The notes under the pieces: generated by a model
Database searches by the model: none
The model's input: the letters and a program-made list of their open reading frames with translations, nothing else
Told to the model about the DNA's origin: nothing
Position numbers and translations under genes: made by a program
Part shown: positions 12,539-24,300 of the stretch, in pieces
How positions within the stretch are numbered: position 1 is the stretch's first letter
How the letters are laid out: every line of letters begins with the position of its first letter
Source: Eledone cirrhosa
Lineage: Eukaryota
NCBI GenBank assembly: GCA_964016885.1
Contig: OZ024743.1
Location: 251,968,001-252,032,000, forward strand
DNA length: 64,000 nt
Direction: 5' to 3'

Positions 12539-13442
12539 TTACATACACAGACATGTATGTGTGTGTAGATAATGTAAAACAATAAGTTAATATTAAGAGA
12601 GTGTTAGATTGAAGAATTCAGAAGTATTGTTGTAGATAAGGTATCGTGAATAGCTGCAGAAGAATGGAAACACTTTCTGGAAGAGATTGACAGATTCTAC
12701 ACCATTTCTTGCAACAGTTAGAAAGTGTCAGAATACTGATAACTCTTATATGTATGTATGTACGTATGCATGCATGTATGTATGTATTTATGTATGTTTG
12801 TATATATGTATGTGTCTGTGTATGTATGTATGTATGTCTATGTGTGTGTATGTATGTATAATCCTTGCTAGCAGGGATATCTGACTTTAAAACAACAATG
12901 ATGATGATAAATAGATATATATATTATACATATATATATCACCACCATTTTACGTTTATTTTTCATGGTAGCATGGGTTAGATGGGTGCCCGGTTGTTGG
13001 CAATGCATGGTCAGTTGACCATGTCTTGCTCATATCATCATCATTGTTGTTTTAACATCCACTTACCCTTATTTGTATTTTAGAAATTACTTCTACATGA
13101 CTAAAACTACTTCATTTTTAAGAAATCATCAGGAATGAAACAGTTCTTGTCCTGTAGAAATATGTAAAGTTGGGAGAGCACTCAATACGTGGGACAAGTT
13201 GTGGTATACAGATATTTATTACACTAATTATGCTGTCATTTACATACAAATATTTCTTTGGCTGCCCAATTTCAGATTTTACTGAAGCAGGCTCCAATTC
13301 CTCAGCCTGTTTTGATAACCGTTGTTAAATGGTGTCAATACAAACTGAGGAATTGAGACCTGTTTTAGTAAAATATGAAACAGGCAGCCAAAGAAACATC
13401 TGTACCCAAAACAGAGCATAATTAGTGTAATAAATATATGTA

Positions 13443-13475
<33 letters not shown>

Positions 13476-13659
13476 TTTTTTAATGAACAAACTGGACGTT
13501 TCTGTAAGGATTGTCTAGTTTCCTGAAACCTTTGGTAATGGAATAATTATATTGTGCTGTTTATTATGTAATTATATAGCTCTGTACTATACACTGAGCA
13601 CTCTTCTTTCTTTTACCTTTTCTACGGAAATACTTAACATATATATATATATATATATA

Positions 13660-14475
13660 TAATTGCTACATGACAGTGAGACATGGGCATTACGTGCAGA
13701 GGACCTGAGTAGACTGGAAATGAATGAAGCATGCATGCTCCATTGGATGTGTAATAGTAATATACGTGAATGGCAAAGCATAAATGAACTAAGTAAGAAA
13801 TTAGGAATAAGAGGGACCAGATGCTGTTTACTCGAGAGTAGACTACGTTGGTATGGCCACGTGATGCACATGAAAGACGATAGCTGTATAAAAAAGTGCA
13901 GGGCGATCAAAATTGATGGTAGTTACGGAGTAGGTAGACCCAGAAAAATCTGGGACGATCTGATAAATTCTTACCTTACACACTAAGACAATGTCACTGG
14001 ACCGAGATCTTTGGCGCTACGCAGTAATACAGAAGACTCACCTTGCGTATGTACAAAGCGAAGCCTACAGTCAGTAGGCACCTCTTAACCAAATATACAC
14101 CCCAATCCACTACCCCTACCCTATCCTCCCACTCCCACCAACACCACCCTCTCTCTATAACATTAGTACCACAACATCCAGTCCAAATAAATGAGATAAT
14201 GAGATCGAGATCGTGTAGGTGTCACGAGAAAAAACACACAGTCCACGCTGTAATGTGGCCGTGTAGGTAACACGATAAAAAGTTCCCAGTTCCACACTGT
14301 AAATGTGGTTGGTGTTAGGAAGGGCATCCAGCCGTAGAAAACCTGCCAGATAGTCCTATATGAGCGAGACATGGTCATCCGACCAACCTTGCCTCAAGTG
14401 GGACAACTCCCGTCTAACCCATGCTAGCTTGGAAAATGGACGTAAAACGAAGATGATGATGATGATGATGATGAT
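13660..14475 (+). mobile_element. RTE family A LINE 3' fragment with 3' UTR and (GAT)n tail
   Basis: LHDSETWAL...LRWYGHVMHM...GRPRKIW. The 3' UTR is homologous to 21920-22310, followed by a (GAT)n tail. Confidence 0.9.
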
Positions 14476-14504
14476 AGAAAGTGAACAACACAAAATATAA
14501 CTAA

Positions 14505-14570
14505 TCCATTACCAAAGGTTTCTGGACCCCAGACAATATTAATATACGTCTGGATTGGTCATCAGACAGA
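14505..14570 (-). ncRNA. Type I hammerhead-like motif with long stem II (inverted partner at 13481-13542)
   Basis: Reverse complement: TCTGT-CTGATGA-CCAATCCAGACG...TGTCTGGGGTCCA-GAAAC-CTTTG-GTA-ATGGA. Confidence 0.6.
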
Positions 14571-14890
14571 GTTATTATGGATAAAATATATGAAATGAGA
14601 TTTAAAATCTACTAAAAATTGGAAGTGAGTCTGGAAAAATAACGGGAAATATACATAAGAAAATCCTTTGCTTTTCCTTCAGAATTACCTAAAACATATA
14701 AATATCATGGCCATCAACATTATTTTCACTGTTTAATGTCTATTTTCCATGCTTGCATGGGTTAGATTGGATATCACATACTGAGGTTAGATTAATAGTG
14801 TGAATGAATACTTCTTGCTCATATGTTTTGTTTTGGGGGTTGGTTTCTATGACTAGATGATCATTCTAATGCTAATCTTTCCTAATACCA

Positions 14891-14936
<46 letters not shown>

Positions 14937-15257
14937 TTAGCAGGCAGGTGGGTGTCCCTATTCTGTTTATTATAGTGTTCCAGGCCATAAGAGAGAAGTT
15001 TAATGCAGTCTGTCCATGGTAATTCGTACACTAGTGAACTATCACACATAGTGGTAATGATGGCGCCAAGATAAAAAAAAATATCCAGTGTTTGCAGTGA
15101 ATTGGTTGGCATTTTAAAGGATATCCAGGTGTAGAAACCGTTTTAGAATGGAATATATGAGCGAGACAGTCATTTGACCTGATACGTGCATATATGGCTC
15201 AGAACATAACAAACGTCTGACCTATGCAATCATGGAAAATAAACATAAAATTATGAT

Positions 15258-16210
<953 letters not shown>

Positions 16211-17171
16211 AGAGAGAGAGAGAGAGAATATAGTCTTGTATATGTAGAAAATATGGGACTAAGAATTATGTAGGTGTGGACACTGTAACAATAGAATAAC
16301 ATAGATTAGGGTGGGTATATAATTATTGATTAGAGAAGCTGGAATGTAGAAGTAAGGTAAGAGGGTGAAGTTAGTGAAGAGAGGTGGTGAGAGAGAGAGA
16401 GAAGAAGAAGCAGATAAGTATAATAAGGGGCAGTCATGAAGAGTGAGGGGAGAAGGGGAAGTTAGAGAAGAGGGGTGGTGGGAGGGAGAGAAGAAGTAGA
16501 TAATCATAATATGGGGCAGTCATGAAGAGTGAGTTGAAAAGGGGAGGTAAGATATGGGTAAGAAGGGAGTGGTTAGGGGAAACATAGTATGAAAGAGATG
16601 AAGGTGGAAATGATGTTAAGGGGGAGTCTTCAGTTTCATTAATTCATTTTTATATTTCAAAGTAGAATAAATTTTCTTTTTACATTTTTTTGGTTTTATA
16701 AGTTTTGTATATGTTTTGTTTTGTTTGTTAATATTTTGAAAATTTATCATATTATTTGCCCCCCCCCCCCCCCCCCCCCACACACACACATCCTCCTCCC
16801 CACCACTTTCATCTATATTTCTCTATAATTCTATCTAGATTGTTTAAAAAATGAATTTGAAACATTTGGTTTGTTTCGAAATATATAAATATGTAATATT
16901 AAGGATACTATTTTATAGTTATGTATATTTTAAACTATAAACAGGAAGGGTCAGTAATTTATTACTACCTTATTACCAGTAAGATAAATAGCTCAATGTA
17001 ATAACATCAGTTGTTCTACAGAGCAGTTATATAGAATTCACAAGAATCAAAGCTATGTTCAGCCTAGGTTCAGCCTAGGTTTGGATGAAACAATTGTAAG
17101 TGAATAAATGCTTTGAACATAGCTTTGATTCTTGTGAATTCTATATATATATATGTATGTATGTATGTTAT

Positions 17172-17782
17172 GTCAGGTCACCACTTGGTGCTACTGGTAA
17201 CATGTATCCCAGTACAACCTGTCTCATGGTCGGGTCATTGGCGACTAAACTGGCAACCCCACCAAGGTTTCTTGGTGAGGAGGGTGACTTTGGACATCCT
17301 GCAGGACAAAAAACAAAATCTGTCAAAGGGCAAAGGAACTCTTAAGAGTCAATAGCCATCCAAAATCACCGGGAGAGATGACCCCTTAGCCTTTGTCAAG
17401 GCAGAATTCTAGGAGAAGTAAAACTCTGATATAACACCTGCAACCCTGATGGTATCCAATGATGTTGACTTGTTCTTCTTTTTGGTAAATATCATCTTGG
17501 TTAAGAGAGTGGGACTGGCTTTGTGCAGTGCCTTTTCTCACTATAAAAGCTTCACGGCACAGGCATTGCTTTATATCTGGAGATCTCTCTGCACTTGTCG
17601 TCACATGGTACCATGGGCCCAGCACTATGTGTCAATAATTGTCACAAGTGTAGTGTTTGTACCAGAGTTTTCAAGTCGCTGGCTGGACTAAAAAGTCAAA
17701 CTCGTTCAGCACATCAGTAGGGGTTCTCCTACATGGATATAAAGTAGTGGCCGTACTCGAAAACGAGTTGGCAGCCACCATG
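17172..17782 (+). mobile_element. Putative bipartite non-autonomous RTE derivative (5' UTR-like part fused to 3' end with C2H2-like motif)
   Basis: The 3' part translates CSVCTRVFKSLAGLKSQTRSAH, like RTE C-terminal CxxCxRxFxSxxGLxSHxRxH. No RT lies in between. Flanked by (TATG)n on both sides. Confidence 0.55.
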
Positions 17783-17897
17783 TATGTATGTATATGCAAG
17801 TATAGAAAAGAAGATGTAAAAACGATGATGGCGATGCATATAAATATGAGAAAGAGATAGAGAGTGAGAGAAAACCTTATGTGTGTGTGTGTATATA

Positions 17898-17965
<68 letters not shown>

Positions 17966-18139
17966 TATATCTGAAACGTTAAGAGTCTCTTCCTGTTATT
18001 TCAAGCTTTAAACTAATATATTTTTTCTATGTACTCTGTTGTTTGTTTTATTTCTGTTTACTTTTTACATACATATGTATTTATATGTATATATACATGT
18101 TTATATATGTATGCATGCAGGTAATATATGCATATATCT

Positions 18140-18191
<52 letters not shown>

Positions 18192-18604
18192 GAGAGAGTT
18201 ATACTGAGAATAAATTTTGTTCAAAATAAATTAGCGGTAAGGCTAAATAAAAGGAAAGAATATCAAATTTAGAGCAGTAATATATACATACATACATATA
18301 TATGTGTGTGTATGTGTGTGTGTGTACTTATTTACAGCCTAAATGATAAGCCACTTGAAGATATAGTCAATGCAAATAGTGAAATAAAAATATCATAAAT
18401 ATCATAACATCCCATCATAATTACTATAACAAGATTCCACAGAGTTTCCATCTACTTAACAGCAGTGGTAATTGTTGGCCATACATGTGTCTTCAGATAT
18501 TTTCAGAACAGAGTGAGTTCTTTACCATTTGTGGGTCAGTGGTTTTTGTTTTGCTTGTAATTTCATATTTTATGTTTACAACCATGTAATGCTTATCATA
18601 TGTA

Positions 18605-19135
18605 CATCGTCATCATCATCATCATCATTTTACATCAGCTCTTCCCTGCTCGCAAGTGGTGGGATGGGTCTTATTCAGCACAGCATCTCTCCACTCGTCA
18701 CGGTCCTTCGTCATCTCCACCATGAGCTTCAACGATCTGAGGTCTGCTCTCACCACCTCTGCCCATGTTTTTCGTGGTCTACCTCTACCACGTCTTCCTT
18801 CAACTGGCATTTCCTGGCACTTCTTCACCCATCGGTCATCCTCCACACGCATCACATGTCCATACCACCTCAGTCTCCTCTCCCGTACAATACATTCTAT
18901 CCCTCTCAGACAGTTTCTCTCTCAACACATTCATGCTGGGTCGTTCACGCACATTTACACTGCACATCCAACAGAGCATGATTGCCTCATTTCTCTCCAG
19001 CCATCGCTTATCCTCTGCAGTTGCTGCCCATGTCTCACTACCATGCAGCATCGCGCTCCTCACACAGGCATCATACAACCGGCCTTTCGTATGCAGGGAG
19101 AAACCCTTCTTCGTCAGCAAAGGAAGCAGCTCCAT
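18605..19135 (-). mobile_element. RTE family B LINE 3' fragment
   Basis: Highly similar to 58750-59280, with a (GAT)n tail. Confidence 0.95.
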
Positions 19136-19384
19136 CATATATATATATACTAGCTGGCCCGTCCGGCTGGCGCCCGGCTAGGTATACCAGGATTTTATCG
19201 TTTCAGGAATCTCTCCTCCACTCCAGTGCAAAGATACCGCACTCCCTCCCAAGTCAGCGAGGGGGGGGGGGGTAACATACTCTGATGTTGGGTTTGAATA
19301 GTTAAAAATCGAACTCAGTTTTGCATGGACCTGTATGACACATTGATGCTGTAATGCAATGTGGATGCAATCAGCTTGTGAACT

Positions 19385-19623
19385 CACCTGCTCCAATCTG
19401 GCTTGTTCTGCCTGTGTTGCTCTCCTGCCTTCTGTACGGGACCTCAGTTGCTGAAGGCGAGACTGGCACTACTCTTGAGACTGGGCTGTACGAATGGCTC
19501 TCGCTTGAGTCCTCATCTGTTGAAGGCGACGTTCATGATCATCTTCAGACTCTCTTGCTCTAGTAACATTTTCTCTTCTGGAAAATCTGATCTAGCGGCC
19601 AGGCTGCAATTTTTGGGTGGCAT
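19385..19623 (-). pseudogene. Remnant of RepHel N-terminus (STPR-like ExxExRxxRL repeats)
   Basis: MPPKNCSLAARSD/(frameshift)SRRENVTRARESEDDHERRLQQMRTQARAIRTAQSQE*CQSRLQQLRSRTEGRRATQAEQARLEQ. Confidence 0.6.
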
Positions 19624-19833
19624 ATCGGCAGTAACAAAGACGATAAGCCATCTGTGCTTTAGTGAAATAAATTGGTTTGTTTATAATTTGTTTTTGTGTA
19701 TGCAAAAATATCTGTACATGAATATATATATTAAAATAACAAATTAAAGTTTAAGCAAAGAATCGCTGCTTTCACCCTTAACGGGATCTTCTGAACAATC
19801 TGTGAACACAGAAGTAAATATTTCGAGAAACAT

Positions 19834-20149
19834 TATCTAATGCATATAGCCAGACATACAGAAACATATTATAAGGGCGCGACGTCATAGCTATGTATCT
19901 AATGCAGACAGCCAGACATACAGAGACATATTATAAGGGCGCGACGTCATAGCTATGTATCTAATGCAGACAGCCAGACATACAGAGACATATTATAAGG
20001 GTGCGACGTCATAGCTATGTATCTAATGCAGACAGTCAGATATACAGAGTCATATTATAAGGATGCGACGTCATAGCTATGTATCTAATGCAGACAGTCA
20101 GATATACAGAGCCATATTATAAGGATGCGACGTCATAGCTATGTATCTA
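19834..20149. repeat. 62-bp minisatellite, 5 copies
   Basis: Unit TATCTAATGCAGACAGCCAGACATACAGAGACATATTATAAGGGCGCGACGTCATAGCTATG at 19834, 19896, 19958, 20020 and 20082. Confidence 0.97.
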
Positions 20150-20409
20150 TCTAAAAAGACAGACTAAGGAAAAGTGAAGAATGTCGTATAACCAGAAGTG
20201 TTGACATTTGAAATTTTAAAGAAGTGAATATTTAAATAATGTCTTTAATCTTTTAACAAAATTCAGTAGACAAAAATATTCTCACTTTTTTACTTGGAAA
20301 AAGTTACATCTATAGTGCAAATTTGGTGCTGTTTGGTCCAGTCATTTGGCGAAAAGTTTGTTACATACATACAGCCATCAGCTTTATATTATATATATAT
20401 ATATATATA

Positions 20410-22312
20410 TTGATTCAGCTATGAGCGTTAGATCATCTGCGTATAGGAGTTCCCATGGGCAGCTGGTCTTGAACTCCACTGTTATAGCCTGAAGGGCAAT
20501 AATAAATAGTAGGGGGCTAAGAACAGAGCCCTGATGAACACCAACTTTTACACTAAACTCTTCACTATATTCGTTGTTAATTCTAACCTTGCTGACTGTT
20601 TCTTTATACATGGCTTGTATAGCTCTTACAAGCCATTCGTCAACCCCTAGTTTTCTAAGAGCCCACCAGATAATGGAGCGGGGGACTCTGTCGAAGGCTT
20701 TCTCCAAGTCGACAAAAGCTAAGTATAGGGGTTTACTTTTAGCTAGGTACTTCTCCTGTAGTTGTCGTACAATACAAGTACAGGAGAAGTACCTAGCTAA
20801 AAGTAAACCCCTATACTTAGCTTTTGTTAACAACGAATATAGTGAAGAGTTTAATGTAAAAGTTGGTGTTCATCAGGGCTCTGTTCTTAGTCCCCTACTA
20901 TTTATTATTGCCCTTCAGGCTATAACAGTAGAGTTCAAGACCGGCTGCCCATGGGAACTCCTATACGCAGATGATCTAACGCTCATAGCTGAATCAATGG
21001 CCGAGCTAGAGAAGAAATTCCAAACATGGAAGCACGGCCTAGAATCAAAAGGCCTTAAAATTAACCTGGCTAAGACTAAAGTTCTAGTTGTAGGAAAGAA
21101 AATAAGGCACTGGTCCCTTCCGGGAAATGGCCATGCTCAGTGTGTAGGAAAGGCGTAGGTAGAAACTCCATTTTATGTCCCAAATGCAAAGTATGGGTGC
21201 ATAAATGATGTAGTGGGATCACAGGTAAGCTAACTAAGAACATAGATTTTACATGTGGCCGGTGCTCTGGTGCAATAAGTAGCAGCAAGTGCCCACAAAA
21301 TACTAGCTCTTTCAATTGCGCAGAGGGTTCTATAGAAATAGTGGACAGCTTCCGTTACCTGGGTGACAAAAGCAGCAGTGGGGGAGGGTGCTCTGAAAGT
21401 ACAGTAGCTAGAGTCAGAACTGGATGGAAAAAGTTCAGAGAGCTTATACCACTATTAGCCACTAAAGGGTTCTCCCTAAAAATGAAAGGCAGGCTGTATG
21501 ATGGCTGCATACGAACAGCAATGTTGCATGGCAGTGAGACCTGGGCATTGTGTGCAGAGGATATACGCAGACTAGAGAGGAACGAAGCTTGCATGCTCCG
21601 CTGGATGTGTAATAGTAATATACGTGAACGGCAAAGCATAAACGAACTAAGGAAAAAATTAGAAATAAGAGGGTTCAGATGTTGTTTACTCGAGAGAAGG
21701 CTACGTTGGTATGGTCACGTGATGCGCATGAAAGACGACAGCTGTATAACAAAGTGCAGGGCAATAAAGATAGACGGTAGCCACGGAGTAGGCAGACCCA
21801 GAAAAACCTGGGACGAGCTAATAAATTCCGACCTCACACACTTACACCTCTCCAAGACAATGTCACTGGACCGAGACCTTTGGCGGTACTCAGTAATAGA
21901 GAAGACCCGCCTTACCTAAATACAAAGTAAAACCTACTACAGTCAGTAGGCATCTCTAACAAAATACACCCCGTCCCACCACCCCCACCCCATCCACACC
22001 GCCCCTTTCAATGTAAAGTTATGTTGGTGCCACAACATCCAGGCCGAAACAAATGAGATCGTGTAGGTGTCACGACAAAAAAACACACAGTCCACACTGT
22101 AATGTGGCCGTGTAGGCAACACGGTAAAAACCCCCCAGCCCCACACTGTAAATGTGGTTGATGTTAGGAAGGGCATCCAGCTGTAGAAAACCCGCCAGAC
22201 AGTCCTATGTGAGCAAGACAACCACTCTTGCCTCAAGTGGGAAAACTCCCGTCCAAACCCATGCAAGCGTGGAACACGGACGTTAAACGATGATGATGAT
22301 GATGATGATGAT
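20410..22312 (+). mobile_element. RTE family A LINE, 5'-truncated with inverted/duplicated 5' segment
   Basis: Plus strand: QGSVLSP, LLYADDL, C4HC3-like insert, FRYLG, LRWYGHV, ~390-nt 3' UTR and (GAT)n tail. Positions 20410-20772 are an inverted RT segment (DLEKAFDRVP...YADDL). Confidence 0.95.
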
Positions 22313-22365
22313 ATATATATCACATAAGAAATGGAGAATCAGTGTTGTGACAAATAAAATTTATT

Positions 22366-22462
22366 AGACATATTACAATCGTTTCTCTGGCCACCAGCTC
22401 AAGGCACAATCGATGTAATGATCGAACCTGACTCTGAAATCACAAGGTCCTCAGATATGTCT
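22366..22462 (-). ncRNA. Type I hammerhead ribozyme motif in a PLE-like terminal repeat
   Basis: Reverse complement: AGACATAT-CTGAGGA-[~62 nt]-GAAAC-GATT-GTA-ATATGTCT. It has a perfect 8-bp stem I, a near-palindromic stem III and a GUA site. Confidence 0.7.
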
Positions 22463-23590
22463 CGATTCTAAAAAGCAGAGTTTCCAAATGTCCAGTTACA
22501 CCCGCGGCCTTCACTCGGCAGCTTAGATCCTGTTGTTGTCATTTGATGAGTGGTCAAGAATTGTACACGTCATCGGTATTTTTGGCCACTCATGGACATT
22601 GTATATTTGGTTCCTTTCATTTGCCACCTGTCAATCAAAGTTGTTTCTTAAAGCGGAATTACTACTGTAGGAGGTAAGGGGTTGTATGATTGAACCGCTC
22701 GCGGCCTGTCGCAGCCTCCCGGCCTGTAGGCACTCGCACCCATGTCCATGTTTCGCACAGGCGTGATATATAAGGGCACTTATACACCCACATCAATCAC
22801 ATACACACCCGCAACTGTATTATATGCAACAATCACAGTTAATATTGAATGTGCAGCGAATACTTATAAAGAGCGGTCACCAGATATACGATTGTAATAT
22901 GTCTAATAAATTATATTCGTTGCAACACTGATTCTCCATTTCTTATGTGATTTCATACTCTGCTCTGTGAGAGCATCGAGTGCTCAAACGGCTTTAAGCA
23001 TCCCACACCAATTATACATATATATATATATGTGTGTGTGTGTGTGGATATATATTTTCTTATACTTTTCAAACATTAAACTGTGGAAACGCTGTGGCAA
23101 CACCTTTATATATATATCATTTCATTTTACGTCCGCTTTTCCCTGCTTTTCTTTGGTTCTGGATGGGGAAGTTTGAGGCAATGTTTTACATCTCTGTCTG
23201 TTTCCAATCAAACATAAATAGCAAAATTAGCCAATAATACATATAAGACTCAGATACATAGACAACAATGCTCACCTCTTCAGCCATAGACTGTAGATTG
23301 TGTTACTGTATGGTTTTGATGCATATGGTAGGACCCCTTGCATTACACCAATAGCTTATAAGACACTAGCTACTAGCAAATAGAGAAATAGAGAAAAGAA
23401 TAGAACTATAAACACATATATAAACAATACAAGTGTCTTCCAACTAAATAAAACTCTACAGTGTATATATATATATATAGTTGTCCCCCACCCACCCCCA
23501 TTCTCAAGCATGAAACTAATACTAATATCATTTGTACTGCTTCTTCGTTTTTCTGTTTTTTGTTCTCTGTTTATTTATTAAAATATATAT

Positions 23591-23728
23591 ATATAATAAA
23601 TGTAATCTGAGTTTTTCGAATATTAATAATAATATTCAATTTGTTTGCAATTATACAAACAAGCATAATTGCAAACGAATTGAAAATTATTATTAATATT
23701 CGAAAAACTCAGATTACATTTATTATAT
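23591..23728. repeat. Near-perfect palindrome (~64-bp arms, ~10-nt loop)
   Basis: ATATAATAAATGTAATCTGAGTTTTTCGAATATT...AATATTCGAAAAACTCAGATTACATTTATTATAT. Confidence 0.95.
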
Positions 23729-23784
23729 TCAGCCATGTAGAGCGAAATTTTTTTTTAAAATTTAATTATATATATATATAGATA

Positions 23785-24300
23785 TATCATCGTCATCATC
23801 ATCATCATTGTTTAATGTCCATTTTCCATGCTAGCATGGATAGGATGGGCTGTACTGTTGTGAGGGATCCAGGCTGGAGGACAGCATTTTGCTCACACAG
23901 AACTGATTTGGGCTTGGTTTCTACAGCTGGATGCTCTTCCTAACACCAACCACAGTTACAGTGTGGGCTGGGCGCTTTTTATTGTGACTTCTACAAGATC
24001 ACTTTACAGTGTGGACTAGGTGCTTTTTGCTATGTCACCTACATAACTACTTTACAGTGTGGACTGGGCACATCTTGTTGTGGCCCCAGGATGGCCAATT
24101 TATGGTGTGGATTGGGGACTTGGGGGTGGGGATGAGGAATACATGGGGAATTGTGGCGCTAGGTATAGGGGTGGGATGATTACAGTGAAGCACACACACT
24201 CAGTTTTAAGGGAACCTGTTCAGGTCTACGAAGCATTTGTTGTTGATGTCATTATTTGTTGCTTGCAGTTTTAACATAGCTATCTCCCTTTACTTTCTGT
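23785..24300 (-). mobile_element. RTE-tailed non-autonomous element with ~3 copies of the ~48-nt module
   Basis: (CAT)n + TTTAATGTCCATTTTCCATGCTAGCATGG tail, GGATGCTCTTCCTAACACC motif and tandem TTACAGTGTGG units. A similar element lies at 34960-35450. Confidence 0.65.

Larger units (their letters stand above)
19150..20395 (-). mobile_element. Non-autonomous Helitron (internal-deletion derivative)
   Basis: The 3' end is a hairpin + CTAG at 19150-19177. The 5' end reads ATATAAAGCTGATGGCTGTATGTATGTAAC...CCAAATTTG. It retains an MPPK...ESEDDHERRLQQMR...RLQQLR N-terminal remnant and an internal 62-bp tandem array. Confidence 0.75.

Noticed and set aside
19834-20149. Possible CRISPR array
   Set aside because: Units are contiguous with no unique spacers, there are no cas genes, and the context is eukaryotic. 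It is a minisatellite.
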